This document shows positions 27,185-41,347 of a DNA stretch of 64,000 nt, one piece after another. Source of the stretch: Ascoidea asiatica JCM 7603 (Eukaryota > Fungi > Ascomycota). The position numbers and the translations under genes are program-made. How positions within the stretch are numbered: the first letter of the stretch is position 1; every line of letters begins with the position of its first letter. The stretch is from the NCBI GenBank assembly GCA_001600695.1, contig BCKQ01000008.1, positions 1 to 64,000 of the forward strand. The letters run 5' to 3'. A model generated the notes under the pieces. The model was not told the origin of the DNA and made no database searches. It saw only the letters and a program-made list of their open reading frames with translations.

Positions 27185-30100
27185 ACGAAGACGGATAACA
27201 GGAAGACATCAAAAGCAAATAATAATTCTTCATCAATTAGTTAAGAAGATCCTGATTCTGAAGGTAAGATTGAATTTGAATAATTGAAATCAACAAAGAA
27301 TAATCGGCTCGACATAGGCGAACTTCGACCCCAAGTGTATTTCAAATCGATCACCAATAAACCTAATATTGTAATCAAAAATATATATTAGATTTACATG
27401 TGCTTTAAGGAGACTTCAGCCTAAAAATCGTAAATTCGATGATTAAATTATAGTATTTCAACATTAAACCTCCTACACAAGAAGAATGTATTGCTCCTTC
27501 AAAGTGTGACGAATTCCAGGTCCATAAATTAGTTAGTCTACCTCATAATAATTATAGAAATATGGCTACGTGATTTTTATATAGACTTCATTCTGATTTA
27601 GATGGTCCATATCACTTTAATGCCAAATCCAAGATGTGTCTCGCCGTAATTGATAAATATAGCCATTATTCATTGGTTGAATGGGTGGAATCAAAGTATA
27701 TGAGTTCGTTTAAGACGGTGATGCTAAAATTTATTAAATTTTTACAGAATTTGCCTAATCAAAAGTTATTATATTTAACGCCAGCTGGAAGTTTAGAATT
27801 TATGACTTCGCAGCTCAGACCCCCATAGAATAAGAGATGGACACTGAGATGGTTCCTACCAGTGCTTATTATCCAGAAATGAATGGAGTAGCGGAAAGCT
27901 TCAGTAGAACGATAAAATCCATTTCTGTGAATCTAATATTGCCCACAGGAACAATAAAATCATTTCTCTTCGTTGAACATGCTGTATTACATGCTACTCA
28001 ATTGAAAAATATAATTACATCTTCAAATAATCTAGATGAACCCCATATGAGATGGTCTTCAAATCAAAATTTAATTACAAAACAATAAATGAATTTGGAT
28101 CGGATTGCTGGCTTAAATTGGCAAGGTATAAAATTTAACCTTTAAATTTTCCAGAAACTCTGTGGCACAATTTCGGGGTACACTTGTTGGTTCGGTTAAT
28201 GACTCCAGTAGCATCAAAATCTGCCTTATTCGTGATAACGCGATCAAAATTGTGGAATTTACTGATCACAACTTTAGAAGTATGTTCGAATTTGGTAAAT
28301 TAACCCAAAAACTAATACTAAAGTCAATTCCTGCTGTTTCTGCCTCAATAAATTGAGATAAAGATAAAGTTGCTTTTCAAATTTATTCAGACGCAAAAGA
28401 GGATAATAATATGGATACTCAAGATAATAAAACTAATAATCCAACTGCAGAATCTGAAGATGCAGAACGTCATTGCTTCAGCATTCTCAAATCATTTCAG
28501 CCTGTTAGAAAAAGCCAATTCCCCAGCTGTATCAGTGGTTAATGGTTACCGAGTTACCATTGAGAATAACTATATAAGTAATAATGATGTTCAAATTCGC
28601 TTAAGAATGAAAATCTAATACTAATTGAAAATTTGACTTAATAAATAATGTCAATTCCTGCAATTAACAAGCAAGAATTTAATGGATTTCCCCGTGTTAT
28701 TACAAACCGTTCAGAAATCCTGGGCAGTCAGGGAAGTTGGTGGAAGGGGAACAGTTAAAAGAGGTGGTTGAAGACGAGGTTTCTCTAATCCGGTTGATCT
28801 AGATCCTGAATTTGATGTTAAATACATTCAAAATGATGCATCAATTGAAGATATGGTGTTGTATACTGTAATCGGTGCAAACGATGAAACACTATTTGTT
28901 GCTGATGCCTACGTGGATGTTTTAGGTGAAAGTACTTAAAGTAGTGGGTTCCCGCTTTGTGATGGTGCGTTATCAGAAACTATCATTCAAACTCATAATC
29001 AACTAAAAGAGTAAGATCAAAAAGCGATCAAAGCTGATTCTAGATTATTGAATTTATTTGAATTATCTAAACCTAATGTTAAGAGTCAATTAATAATAAG
29101 TTGTGATCAAAACATTCAAGATCTCACTAATTCAAAACCAATAATAGAATATAATTTATCAACAGCTAGAAATTCAAATATCCCTGAAGAATCAGCTGAT
29201 TTTCCAAAACAAAAAGCATCCTACATCAAATGTATTGAATTTCCAATCACCGAGATAATAGATCAAAAAGCAGTAATAAAATCATAACCACTCATTGATG
29301 CATCAAGAATCAGAAAGAAAAAAAATCACCTGCTGGAATCATCCTATCTCACAGATGATCCAGTGGATGAGTCATAAAACCTTCCAAAAAGATTCAAGAA
29401 ATACCAAGATCGACGGCATTTCAAATCAATTACTGGAACAACAAAAATATATATAAAATTCATAATTTAAAAGAAATAGATATCAGCTTACCATTTCCCA
29501 ATATTAATGAAAAGAAAATCAAAGTAGATGAAAATAATTTAGATCCATCAAAAGTTTCTGTTCAAAAGACAAATAAAGAATTAGTGTCATTATTTGCTGT
29601 ATATAACTGGTATGTCGACTGTTGGAAAACTGCTGGCAACGATGGATGTAGAAACCTCATCAGACTTGAGGTTTTAAGTATCATTGATAAAAAGGATATA
29701 CCCGCTAGTAAACGATTAATTTCTGCTGAATGGATAGCTGCTATCAAGAAAAATATAAATAACTCAATTGATTCATTTAAATTAAGAATTGTTGCTCAAG
29801 GTTTTAAGCAAAGTATCAAAGAAGACTTTATACCAAACTGTTTATCATCGCTCGTTATTATAATCGATACATTTCGTGTTATTCTCGCTGTTGCTAGTAT
29901 TTTAAATAATAAGTTGCGCAATATTCATATATGTTCTTTTTTTCTCAATCCTGACGTTCAGGAAAAGATGTATATTACTCCTCGTTGAGGCTTTATCAAA
30001 AACCCAATGTTAAATGGAAGCTAAATCTTGCTTTATAGCCTATAAAACAGGCATCATAGGAATGACATCAATTAACTGTTTTAGAGTTAAAGAGTCGTGG

Positions 30101-31966
30101 ATTTATTCAACAAAGGTAGAAAATTGCTGCTTCTACACGAAAGACAAGCAAAACAGGAGTTTTCTAATACATTATGTTGATCATATATTAATTTCATATT
30201 CTAAAGAGTCAGGAATTGAATTGGTGGTTAATATTTTGAAAACAAAACTTAAACTCAAAGGCTTCGGGTTTCCTAAGAAATTTCTTGGAATAAGAGTTCA
30301 AGAATTAAACAATCAACGGATTGAAAATCCTGAACTGGTAACTAAATCAATAAATAATAATAATAGCGAATTGTAGTTGGCTAATCTTTCAGGCATTCAG
30401 CATAAGCTTATGTCATTCATCATACTCATTATATCGAGGAAATTTTTAAACAAACAAATAATGGAAGTATTAAATCTCAGATTGTGCCACTTAACAAATC
30501 CTATATTGATGGCAATTGCTTAATTGACCCTGATGATGTATTTCTAAATAATGAGTTAAATGACTCAGATCATGAATATTGCAGAAGAATTTTACTTGCT
30601 TTACTTTATCTTGATCTTGTACAAGACTTCATTTATCTTATGCAGTGAGTATTTTGGGACAACGAGCTGCTTCTCGAAAAATAAAAGATTTGAAATCTTT
30701 GAATAATCTTGCAACCTATGTTGCTAATACTAAATATTTGTCTATTATTTATGCAATTGACTATATCAGCGATAACTCAAAGGGACTTTACAAAGTTCTT
30801 AGGTTATGCAGATGCTTCATTTGCTATAGATCAAATTGCACAACGATCTCCATATTGATACTGGTTTGTTGTTAGCACGTTCATTGCTTCCTGTTGCAGG
30901 AACACACAAATATCTGTGTCAATTTGTACAATCGAAGTTGAGTTATTTGCTGTCTTGGACCTTACAAAAACTATGCTTTTTTATAATCTACTTTTCAAAC
31001 GTGTCGGACTTTGTGTAAAGAATATTCCATTATTTATTGATAACAAAGCTGCTTTGCCATTTATCTAAGGTAAAAATGAGCATAATACTTAAAAACTTTT
31101 TGACGGCAGACTAAAATTTAGGAGAGAAATTATTCAGAAAATCATTTCCTCTTTGTATTATGATTCATGGCAATCTAATTTTGCTGATATAATAACCAAA
31201 TCCCTTCAATATCTTGCTTTTACCAATCTATTAATTGATTTATATTATAATCTTGTTGTTAACAACATTATTGATTAACCGTAATTCCATTTTTCATCTG
31301 GTGGTTTTTGTTGATATCCAAATTTAAAATGTAGAGGACGACGGGAATCGAACAGTTAATAATCATTAATTTATTGTTATAGCTGATAATTCATGTTCAG
31401 AAATTCAAAAATAAAGTAATAATATTAAATGCAAAAGTCATTTATTTCATCCTGGCAAAATATTAAAAAGAATTTACTTTGTTTCATCATTATTTCACAA
31501 TTATAAAATTCACTGTTAAATCCTACATCACCAAGCACTGCTAGGCGTATTTCTTTAGTTTCAAAAAATTATCATTTTTATTATAACCTAAACTGCTCGA
31601 GTTGGTTATGAGGAATTGTAGATAAATTATTTGGTTATTCCATCTATTCTGGTTTAGGTCCATCAATAATTGCAATGTTTTAGTTAAATATTGCTCAGGG
31701 TTCAGTATATCATGATTATATTGATTATATTTTAACTAATCTCAGCAGTTTACCTGTTTTCCAAAATAACAAACTTGCTGATTTTACATTGTTACTTTCA
31801 TCATCATTATCATCAAACTTAGCATATACACATTATTATTTTTTTCTGACTTATCCCAATTATGTAAATGCACGCATTTTGTGTTCTCTTTTTTTTCTCA
31901 ATTACTACGGTGTTTTGTCCAACATTTACTTTTTAAATTGTTTCTCAACTAGCACAATTAGAGGGC

Positions 31967-32304
31967 GGTTGGAATTCTGGCTGACAAGCAATATCCCTGT
32001 TACAAGGTGTGCCCAGTTTTTCAATATATAAGAAGTAATTTCAGTCCGAACTATAGTTTTTATTGAAGAATAATTAACTAGCTAGCTGAAATTGATCAAG
32101 GTAAATAATAGCTACAGAATATAAATGTATAGTAAATGCACTTAATATAATGAATATAATAACATAATATGCACCAATCTATTCCTCATTTAAATGAAGA
32201 AAGTACTTCTCTTCCAGCAGTAAATACTACGAGTTTGGAAGACTTGACCATGGAACATCCAAATATGTCAGGTCGCAATATTGCCCAGAGCGATCCATCT
32301 AACA
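31967..32304 (+). repeat. 3' LTR (~338 bp) of the copia element
   Basis: Follows purine-rich AGAGGG, ends CTAACA before the TSD, and is roughly three-quarters identical to the 5' LTR by eye. Confidence 0.92.
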
Positions 32305-33660
32305 AAGTGTGCTGGATTTCTCAAATTGTGCTTCGGCCGTGGCTCTTACTTCTGGTAACTTATTATTATATGCAGTAATCCTTACACTTTCTGATTGTGT
32401 TATACTTTTGACGAACAAGTATTTGATACATTGTTATAACACCGTTTTTTGGTCCAATTTTTCTTATTAAAACTGATTAAAATAAGTTTGAATTTGAAAA
32501 ATTCCTTTTCTGTGAAGATTTGTGTGAGGTTACCGTGGTACAACCATGTTTTTCGGTAGACGGTATTGTACGGGAAGCAAAACTACAGGCAACTAAGTAG
32601 CTGATATTTACATAATTGAAAGGTTATTAAATCTGAGACGTATACCAGGAGGTGGAACACTCATAACAAATTAACCAATTGCATCGGCTTACAAGGTTGG
32701 GGATATAAAAGCCAGAAGCTGATGTTATTACCCAAAGCTGTGCGCTATAAGATGTAACACACAGGTTTATTTGGTGTTCGCAAATTGCGTAACATTTCCC
32801 ACCTTGGATCAATCAATGCTCAGTTGGCAGAGAACTAGGCTCCAATATGTAAGAGAAGCCGAATTACCTCCCAACGGTTCAGTTTGCTAAATTCGTGAAA
32901 CAAATTGATAATATATCCACCACTTGCACATCTGGTGCGAAATATTGCTACTCTATCTCCTTGGCCCAACAGAAATTGAAGAAAATGATGCACAGTGGAA
33001 GTAACTTAGATAATATATGTTTAAGATGCTAGATCTTTCATTTACGATGTCAAACCTTTTGTTATATTAATTAGCAGAGCCCATGGCCCAACTAGCATAC
33101 CCTAAAAGACTTAGCATTCTAACACCACACGCTTAGGAAAACTAAGGGTTCTGCTTAAAACAATATGCAAAGATGCTACCAAAAGGTAGGTTCGTATTAC
33201 TACGGTCGTTAACCAATTCAGTGAACACATAGGTGCCGTTGAGGGTGCCCAGCAATGCCAGTTTCTAATACTTGTAGCTGAACAGCTGGCAAAAACTTTT
33301 TTTTGATATTATTTCATTTTTGTTAGAAGTTGCACCGATTATCACTCATCAGGGTAAAAAGTAAAACTGGTGAGAAGGGATTCAGGTTTTGGTCTTATTA
33401 GGTCAATCGTGGCTAACGGTTTCTCTTTTCTTGTTTCTAAACCACAGGATACTGCGATGAGACGGAAGATGCTTCGACCTTTGTCCATAGTATTTGATTG
33501 AGCTCCTTCTTGATAAAGACCTGTGCGTCGCTTGATTCGGAATGTTGACAGAAATACTACAAGCACTATGTCTAACACCAGTTTTTATTATTTATTAATT
33601 TGAATTTTTTATACCTAGAAGCTGTACCAAAGATATGCTTTGGGTCAGGTGATTTAAAAT

Positions 33661-33850
33661 TTGTTTCAGTTTTTATTATCTGTTTCAATTATTTGTTTCA
33701 ATTTTTACTCCTTGTTTCAATCTTTATTATGTGTTTCAATTTTTACTATATGTTTCAATTTTTATTATGTGTTTCACTTTTCACTATGTGTTTCAATTTT
33801 TACTTTTTGTTTCAGTTTTTATTTTGTGTTTCAATTATTTGTGTCACATT
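33661..33850 (+). repeat. 19-bp minisatellite TGTTTCAATTTTTAYTATG, ~10 units
   Basis: Directly visible tandem units, two shortened to 13 bp; generates the spurious Phe/Cys-rich ORFs at 33600-33927. Confidence 0.9.
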
Positions 33851-34979
33851 TAGCTTTCACTATATATATCAACTACTTCATTATAGCCCTAACTTATTTT
33901 CATTTTGGTTTTTTATTTAGCTTTTAATCTACATGACCAAAACGTTAATTTTTTATACATAAATACGTGTGTTCTTTTATGTTTCTTGGTTTTTGTTTTG
34001 ATTCTTCTTACTTATCATCGCTACTATCTGCAACAGACTCATATAATACTATTTCATATTTTATTTTTTTATAAATTATTTTATATCGTAGTATTATCTG
34101 TTTCATTAATTATGTTAGCAGGAAATATTAGAACTGTACTTATCCAAACTAGGTCAGTTTACCTCTAGTTATCTTACCCTCCCGTAACCAATTTGGGACA
34201 AAGCAAATTTAGATTTTGGAAAACAATTTCTGTTTTTTGTGTTGCTGATTGACAGGTTCCTCTATGAGTGAAAAATCTTTTCAGAATAAAAACCATCTGT
34301 GCCTGCACTACGGGATTAACACCATTATAAAAATTAAAAAAAAAAAAAGAACCTAAAATGAACAAGTTAAAATAGAATAACCACTAAAATTCTGTTCTAT
34401 AAACATATATCTTTTCTTGCATAAAATACAAGTGACTTATTCTAAATTCTTTTCAATTATGAATAAGTAACTGGTTATTATTAGGTGGTAATAATATGGC
34501 TAATTAAAACAAGCACGTATTGTGAGTAATGTAATACATATAAAGAACGAAAAATAATTGAGTATTCCTTTGAATAAATAGTAGCATTTTCCTTAGTCAA
34601 TCCAACTCAGATACTCATATTTTCATGGGGCAAATAGAGCATATATGAGATACCATAAACACTTCGCCTTTCAAATAAACACGATATGTAGAAAAGTAAT
34701 AAGATTTGGAGGATATGAAAATCAGAGGAGAACTGAAAAAAATAATAGTACCTGAGCAAACACATATAAAATATTTAAACAAATCTGAAAAAAAATTAAA
34801 GCGAAAGCACTCATATAAAAATAATTTGAGCTAATATTGTAAAAAATGAACAAACTAAAAATCATTAAAAAATCAAAAACAAACATTAAAACGATTGAAA
34901 AAAAATTTTAAGAAAAAAAAATATTAAATGAAAATAGGAACCGTGATATACTAACAGTAAAATTTGGCTCTAAATCAGT

Positions 34980-35917
34980 ATGCAAAACTTCGTCCAAGTT
35001 GAAGGTCAAGTTAGGATACTTTTCTTTCAGTACTCTATAATTTTCCTTTCAAGTTTATTTTTATTTTTTTCTAATTGATTTTTAGCAATTCAGAATAAAT
35101 CTTTTGGATCAATCATTTCATTGTTATTAATTGTATGAGTAATTTTATTATTTTTATGTAATTTATACAATATTGAAGATAGTCTGTACCACGTTTCTGG
35201 CTGTAGGTGTTGGGATCCATTTAATATACAATTGTAATTTTTTGATGATTTTACAATTTTACTTTAAAGTATATCACTGATGTAAAGGATTTTTTTTTTA
35301 GTTTTTTTATGTCTTCCTGGACAGGTTCTAACAACTCAGTTAATTTTTTATTCTAGATTCTAAGTGAATGGATGGAATGCATAATTATTCTTTGCTAAGT
35401 TACTGAAACAAGATATAGTTCATTCTTACATTCTTTTGACGCAAAGAAAAAAATACAAAGCTGGAATGAAGTGAATGTAAAGCGAACTGGTCGTTCAATC
35501 TTGAAGAAAAAAATTGTGGTCATAAAGGTTTCAAAATGTCTTGACTTTCTTCCTTTATTCGAGCCATAATCGTTGTAAACAAATTGATTTACTTATTATA
35601 CTGAATTGATTGATGCTATCTTTGAATACCACCAATGTGGACTCATATTCATAAATTAATATAATAAAAAAAAACACTAATAATTTATATTCTGTAAATC
35701 GAGCTTCAATTTCGTTGAGAGAATCTTGAGAATTCTTGAAGTTCATTAGCTGATTTGGTTCATGTGATAAAGACTTTTTTAAAATTGGAAAAATATTATT
35801 AATCATTTAATTTACTTTTTCTATTGGCATCACACTCCGGTTAGTGAGGTTCCCCTGAGGATTTCATAAGACACTGTTCACAAACAATATTTGAAGGATG
35901 GCGTCGGAATCAGTCAT
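34980..35917 (-). pseudogene. Degraded orphan gene (MTDSDAILQILFVNSVL...)
   Basis: ATG at 35917 in an AAAAATG context, ORF fragment 35555-35806, and further broken frames downstream. No recognised family. Confidence 0.35.
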
Positions 35918-38149
35918 TTTTATAATTGAGCCTTATTATTTTAGTTGAGTTTGCAATAATAAAAGAAATTAAATTTTCAGATAATTAGAGAAAGAAGGAT
36001 AACATAATGTACCAGATTGGTTTTATTTTTAATTAATATAAAAAACTGTTTTTCTCGAACGCTTAATCCCAAGATTTCCGAGCTTACGAACCTTAATAGG
36101 TATTGATGCAGAGTAACAAATATTAAGTAATAACAATTTGAGGATAGTGATAACACTCCATTAAGTGTAATAAAATTTTACTAACAATCTTGGCCAATTT
36201 AGAAAAACTAAAGCTTGAATACAAAATCGAAAAATAAAAAAATTTGAAATATTAAAAAATTGGTTTCTGAGTAAACAGACTTCCCTAATTTTGATAGAAA
36301 GATTATTCTTTGCGTCCGTGAGATTTGGAAAAATCATCCATCAATATAAGTGGAGAATCATACATTTCAAATGCAGCTCCTAAGTATTTAACATTGACCT
36401 TTGAATAATATCTGTTACCATTCATTTTCTGGAACTGGTAAACGTTATTTTTATTTGTTCTGGTAATTCAAAAAACTCCATGAAATGACGGGTCACATTT
36501 GAGTCTTTTTTTATTTGTTACGATGGTATACCTTTTGTGCACCTGTAATAGAGTTGGAACTCGATTTTGTTGGAAATAATTGATATCTATATATGCTACG
36601 GCCTATACTGGTAGTAGGACCATAGGTCATGAAAGTCTAAACGACACATCTCTATAGTAGAGGTAAAAAAGACAGTATTTTACTATAATGTGTAAACATT
36701 ATGTACAATTATGCACAGAGCTGCATAGTTAGGCATAAATATTCATATTTTTGCTTAAAACTGCATTTAGTTGCCTGAACAATATATCCATTCACATAAC
36801 TTCTCCTGAGTTTATGTACGTATACGCAGACCGGTCGGCTCATGTAATCTAATATTCACATGCAGAAGGACTGCTTGTTTACTCCAGGCAGAGTATACAA
36901 AACAGAAAAGACCTTGACATTGGTACCAAGCCATAGTCCTAAAACCTTTAAGAGAATATCGCTGGGAAGAAACTCGGTACCAGGAGATTGAAAGACGTCT
37001 TAGGATTTAGCGTCTATCCGGGTTGACCGGGTAGTTGTGGAGGTTGAGAGCCCACTCAGAGCCACGCAGCCACACCTTCTGGAGTGATGAAGTGTCTGAG
37101 ACTAGTGTCATGTGAGATAAGCTATAATGCTAACTGGGTATACCGAATTGTCTAGCAATAAACGGGATACTAGTGGATCTGGACCCGTACGAATCAATTC
37201 CAAGTTCGGGCTTCGGGTTCAAAGATTATTCCAGGAAATTGGTTTGATTGTCTACCCCGCTGGAAAGTTCGCTGATGGGGTATACTACGATAAAATTGAA
37301 ATGGGAGTTTCAATTGATTTCTAATCAAGTCTTCAACAGTTTTTCTAGGTAAAGTTAACTTCCACCGTGATTCTACGAAGGCATTTTGGACCTTTTTGGT
37401 ATTCCCTAGAATTGCCGATAGTTCTCAAGGACCCGGTAAAATTTTGCAATAAATACTAAAGCAATCGATATCGATTATTTTCTTATTTGATTTTTTTTGG
37501 TTTTCCTTTTAGATCTTTAGCACAAGTTGATTGATTAACATTTAATAAGTAAACCCTGTGATTATGTAATCCAAAATTGTAAATTGGTACGGCGAATGAG
37601 CATTGCGATCAGATACAGGAAAGCGCATAAGTTTTCAAATGCAACCACTCATACAAATCATACGCAGTCTCAAAATGTTGGAAATATAATAAAAATAAAT
37701 AGGTTATTTAGTGAATATAGTGGTCAATATCAGATCGGATTCTATTCCAATTATCGATATTTTAACAAAAAATTATCTGGCATATGAAGTATTTACTAAG
37801 GGTACTGGAGAAACTGAATGGCGACAAGCCTTATATAGCAAAGTTAGTTATCTACCTAATTTTGGAAGAAGGATAGAAATATGAAATAATATTTGTAATA
37901 ATTCACTACCAAAAAGAAATATACTTTCAAGAAGAACTACAAGAACTATAAGAGAGATAAATAAAAAGAAAATAAGAACAATACTTATTTGTATTCGAAA
38001 ATCACTAAATCACTTACTCGATTGTCCTCCTTATTGTCGAATTACCACAAAAACTAATACCACTTTTATATCATGTTTCTTTAAACCAACGAACCAGTTA
38101 CTACTTGGTATTTTAATAGTAAAACAGTCACTCTGACTGTTTTTGACAA

Positions 38150-38870
38150 GAGAATTTAATTATCCATATTATGCACGCAATTTATACAAATAGAAAACTT
38201 TTATATCCCAGTCCTTTAGCTGAATTATTATGGTATTCCACTATAAAAACATATCTTCTAGAAGAACATTTTATTATCAATGAAGTTAATGTTTCTTTGT
38301 TTTTGAAGCACTCAACTCAATTAATAACTTATGTTTATGCGTTCCTATAATATGGAGAAAACTCTGAGTGTATTACAATTATTAAGGTTCTAAAGAAAGT
38401 ATTTAAATCCAAATTTCAAATAAATGGATCAAACTTTTCTTTTCATCAAATAGAAACTCAATCCAATAAACATGATCTCTCAAACTACTTTTTAAGTTAA
38501 AATCAAATTAATAAAGTCAAAAACATCATTAATGTACACCATATTAAACCTGCTACTTTTTATTATAATTCAAAACGTGCAAAAAATTTAAATAATAACT
38601 TTAACGTTAACTTAAAAAATATTCAAAGTTGGGTAGGATATCTAAGTTATGTGACAAACGTCCGAATACATTCAAAACATCTTTTTAAGGTAATATCTAG
38701 AAAGATTCATAAGGTTGTAATAATTGAATAATCTTTGGATATCATAAGATTAGTTCCAGACTTCATATATTCAAGCATTATTCATCTACAAATTCAATGA
38801 AATAACTTAAATTTAATGAGAAGTCTTAAATTGTAATTATAACCTGAAAGACAAAAGTACTAGTGGGGGG
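38150..38870 (+). mobile_element. Possible 3' end of a Ty3/gypsy element (integrase C-terminus plus PPT)
   Basis: IINVHHIKP (~38525-38552) resembles the VFHVS.LKP motif. GGGGGG at 38865-38870 is followed directly by TG at 38871, a likely LTR start. Confidence 0.4.
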
Positions 38871-40889
38871 TGCAATTTAGCTTTGTGGTAGTCTATTCCG
38901 CACTTGCACAACGCAAGAATATCTTTAACAGCTAAAAGCAGTTTTGAAACATAATTACTAGCTTTATATCCTGATTTTTCACATCAAATGCCAGTTATAA
39001 TGTGATCAAATGCATTAATCCAATTTTATTAAAATAAATAAATAAATCGTCTAACAAATTCTTTATATTGGTTACCAAATGAAACCAACAACAATTTGAA
39101 CAAAAGTAAGTACACTTTATATAAATTTACTGAAATAAAGACCAACTTTCCAAAAGATTTCCTTGAAATCTGATATGTGCATATTAAAAATATTTAGCAA
39201 ATAAACCAGCAAAAAAAATCTATAGGCTTGCACGCAGGTGGCATAAATTTGTAAGGCTTTGACCTTAATAAATATTTAGAATGTAGTATTTTATTTCAAC
39301 TTAAAATTTCAGAACCAATTTAGGCCAGATCCCATTCATTAAATTTATTTACTTAATACCTATTTGGGTATCTATTGATTATAATTTTAAATAGTTAGGC
39401 TATTAGTTATTTAAATTTTGATTGGAGTTATCCTAATTATAAAGTGAGATAAAAAGCTATTTGCTTATAGTAGTTATTAAAAATATCCTGTATATTGCAT
39501 TGATAATTTTCTTATATGATATAAAGTTAAGATAAATTTTAGTTAACTTTCAATCAAAGTAAATTATAGTGCACCAACTCAAATGTGTATAAGAATGTTT
39601 TTTTAACCCTAACGTTATATTATAACAATCCTTCATATGAATATTGAACTAACTTTATTTTTCATTTACATTACCGTCATTTATTAACAAAACTTGTTAT
39701 GAATTAAAATTTTGTTTTTATTCATTTATAATTGCCTTTGTAATAGCAATTATTCACATTAACTTCTTGATAATTTCTCTCGTGGTTCTAGATACCATTG
39801 TTAGTTCAAAACATTAAAAACAAAATTTCCCAAAACAAAATACTGATTATAGTTGCTATATTTTTACATTCATTCCTTAAATTATCATAGTCAATGGTAA
39901 ATATGATTTTTTCTAAAAACCGTATAGAAATCTTTTTGTTTCATTATGGAAAATATGGAAAAAATAATCTAAAAATCAAGACAATGTTAATACGCTAAGA
40001 AACACAAAGGGTTATTATACTTAATTTCCGCTTTTACATATTTTAATTATTAAAAATTTTTCAAACATTTTACACTAGTTGCAAGAATCAATTAATATTT
40101 TCAAGATTAGTTTAATGTTTACAAACCTATTACATAATCTGACGAATGGGAGGGTATGGCGGTGAGCATATCATAAATAGCCGAACTCTATTTTTTTTTT
40201 TTTGGGGTTTTTGATTCTTCCCTGACTTAGCTTCCAATATCATAATGATACTTAAACAGCCTCATTGTCCACCCTTTGTTACCTGTGTCCGGCCGCGGAT
40301 ACAACATCATTTAACTGTCGTGAAGTCAAAGACACAATTTTCAGCGAAAACTCACATTTATTTCGTCTTACGACAATTTGGAAAATGTTTTTTTTTTAAC
40401 TAGCCTCCAACTGGTCTGTCTGTTAGAACGCTAGCTAACTGGCCTACTAAATGTTTCCAAACATACCAGTAAATATTGCACGTGAGCCATTAAATCTTGG
40501 ACAGAGAAAACAAACTAGTAAATTTTGATTTTCTGTATTTCCGAATTGAAGTGGAACAAGTAATTTCAGTTACTAAATAATTAGAGGAGGTAGCTCCACT
40601 TATCCAATAACTAGAGGTCTAACTATTTTCGAATTATATCAGAGAGTCACGCAACTCCCACTTCTAGCCCCACTTACCCAACACAATTTTGAAAACTTGA
40701 TTTATTATTGTAAAACCAATTGACAAGGTGACCCTTTTAATAAAAAATATAAGTTTTGTCTTACTAAGTATGAAAGTGGTACGAAAATAACTAAGTTTCA
40801 TCTCTGAAGATTGTTAACCTAAATAGCTTCTTAAAACAAAACTGACGTATGGTGTAGGATATCATGTGAGCATTCTAACAAACCTCACA

Positions 40890-41347
40890 TGTTAGAAAGC
40901 CGGTATTCTGTGGTAAACTTGATGACTCCTGAAGGCTTCTTTAACTGAATTCATTTCACCTGCATAACCAGGAATCCGTGGTGGATTATGACGATTAAGG
41001 GGATCGTGCGTTTGACGGAATAAAGTAGGAAAGACTTGCCGAATGAACATCTTCTTCATGGTTTAATAAGGAATCTATCGGAGATAACCGCACCCCATAA
41101 AAGTAATCATGCAAACATTCAACAGTGAAACTTCTTTTATACCATAGAAGCCAGGAAACTTGAATAAAAAAGGAATTTAAAAGGGAAGGAAAAAAACATT
41201 TTGCTGAAAAGACTAAAAATAAATTTTGACGGTAGCAACAGTAAACATAATAGTAATACACTACGATACAAAATCAGAAATAAAATATAATGGTTAGAGA
41301 AAATTTCAAAAAGGGTGAACTAACATTGCGCCTTAATATGAGGAACA
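40890..41347 (-). repeat. Putative 3' LTR (~458 bp) of the minus-strand copia element
   Basis: On the minus strand, GGGAGG is followed by TGTTCC..., an internal TATAAAA and a ...CTAACA end. It lies ~250 bp after the RNase H end. No matching 5' LTR was confidently found. Confidence 0.55.

Larger units (their letters stand above)
24436..32304 (+). mobile_element. Full-length degenerate Ty1/copia LTR retrotransposon with 5-bp TSD
   Basis: Two LTRs, with the TSD AAGTG at 24431-24435 and 32305-32309. Protease LMIDSGANIS (~26500); integrase HSDLDGP, AVIDKYS and YYPEMNGVAESFSRTIK (27590-27920); RT FKLRIVAQGFKQ and IHYVDHILI (29775-30190); RNase H YADAS and NFADIITK. Many stops and frameshifts. Confidence 0.95.

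Noticed and set aside
26624-27244. Asn-rich 206-aa ORF as a host prion-like gene
   Set aside because: It sits between the protease and integrase motifs of the copia element, and the Asn run is a microsatellite.
33600-34168. Hydrophobic Phe/Cys-rich ORFs; a CRISPR-like look of the repeats
   Set aside because: Products of a T-rich 19-bp tandem repeat with no unique spacers, in a eukaryotic context.
36600-37450. GC-richer island as another LTR or ncRNA
   Set aside because: No second copy, terminal motifs or recognisable fold could be established by eye.
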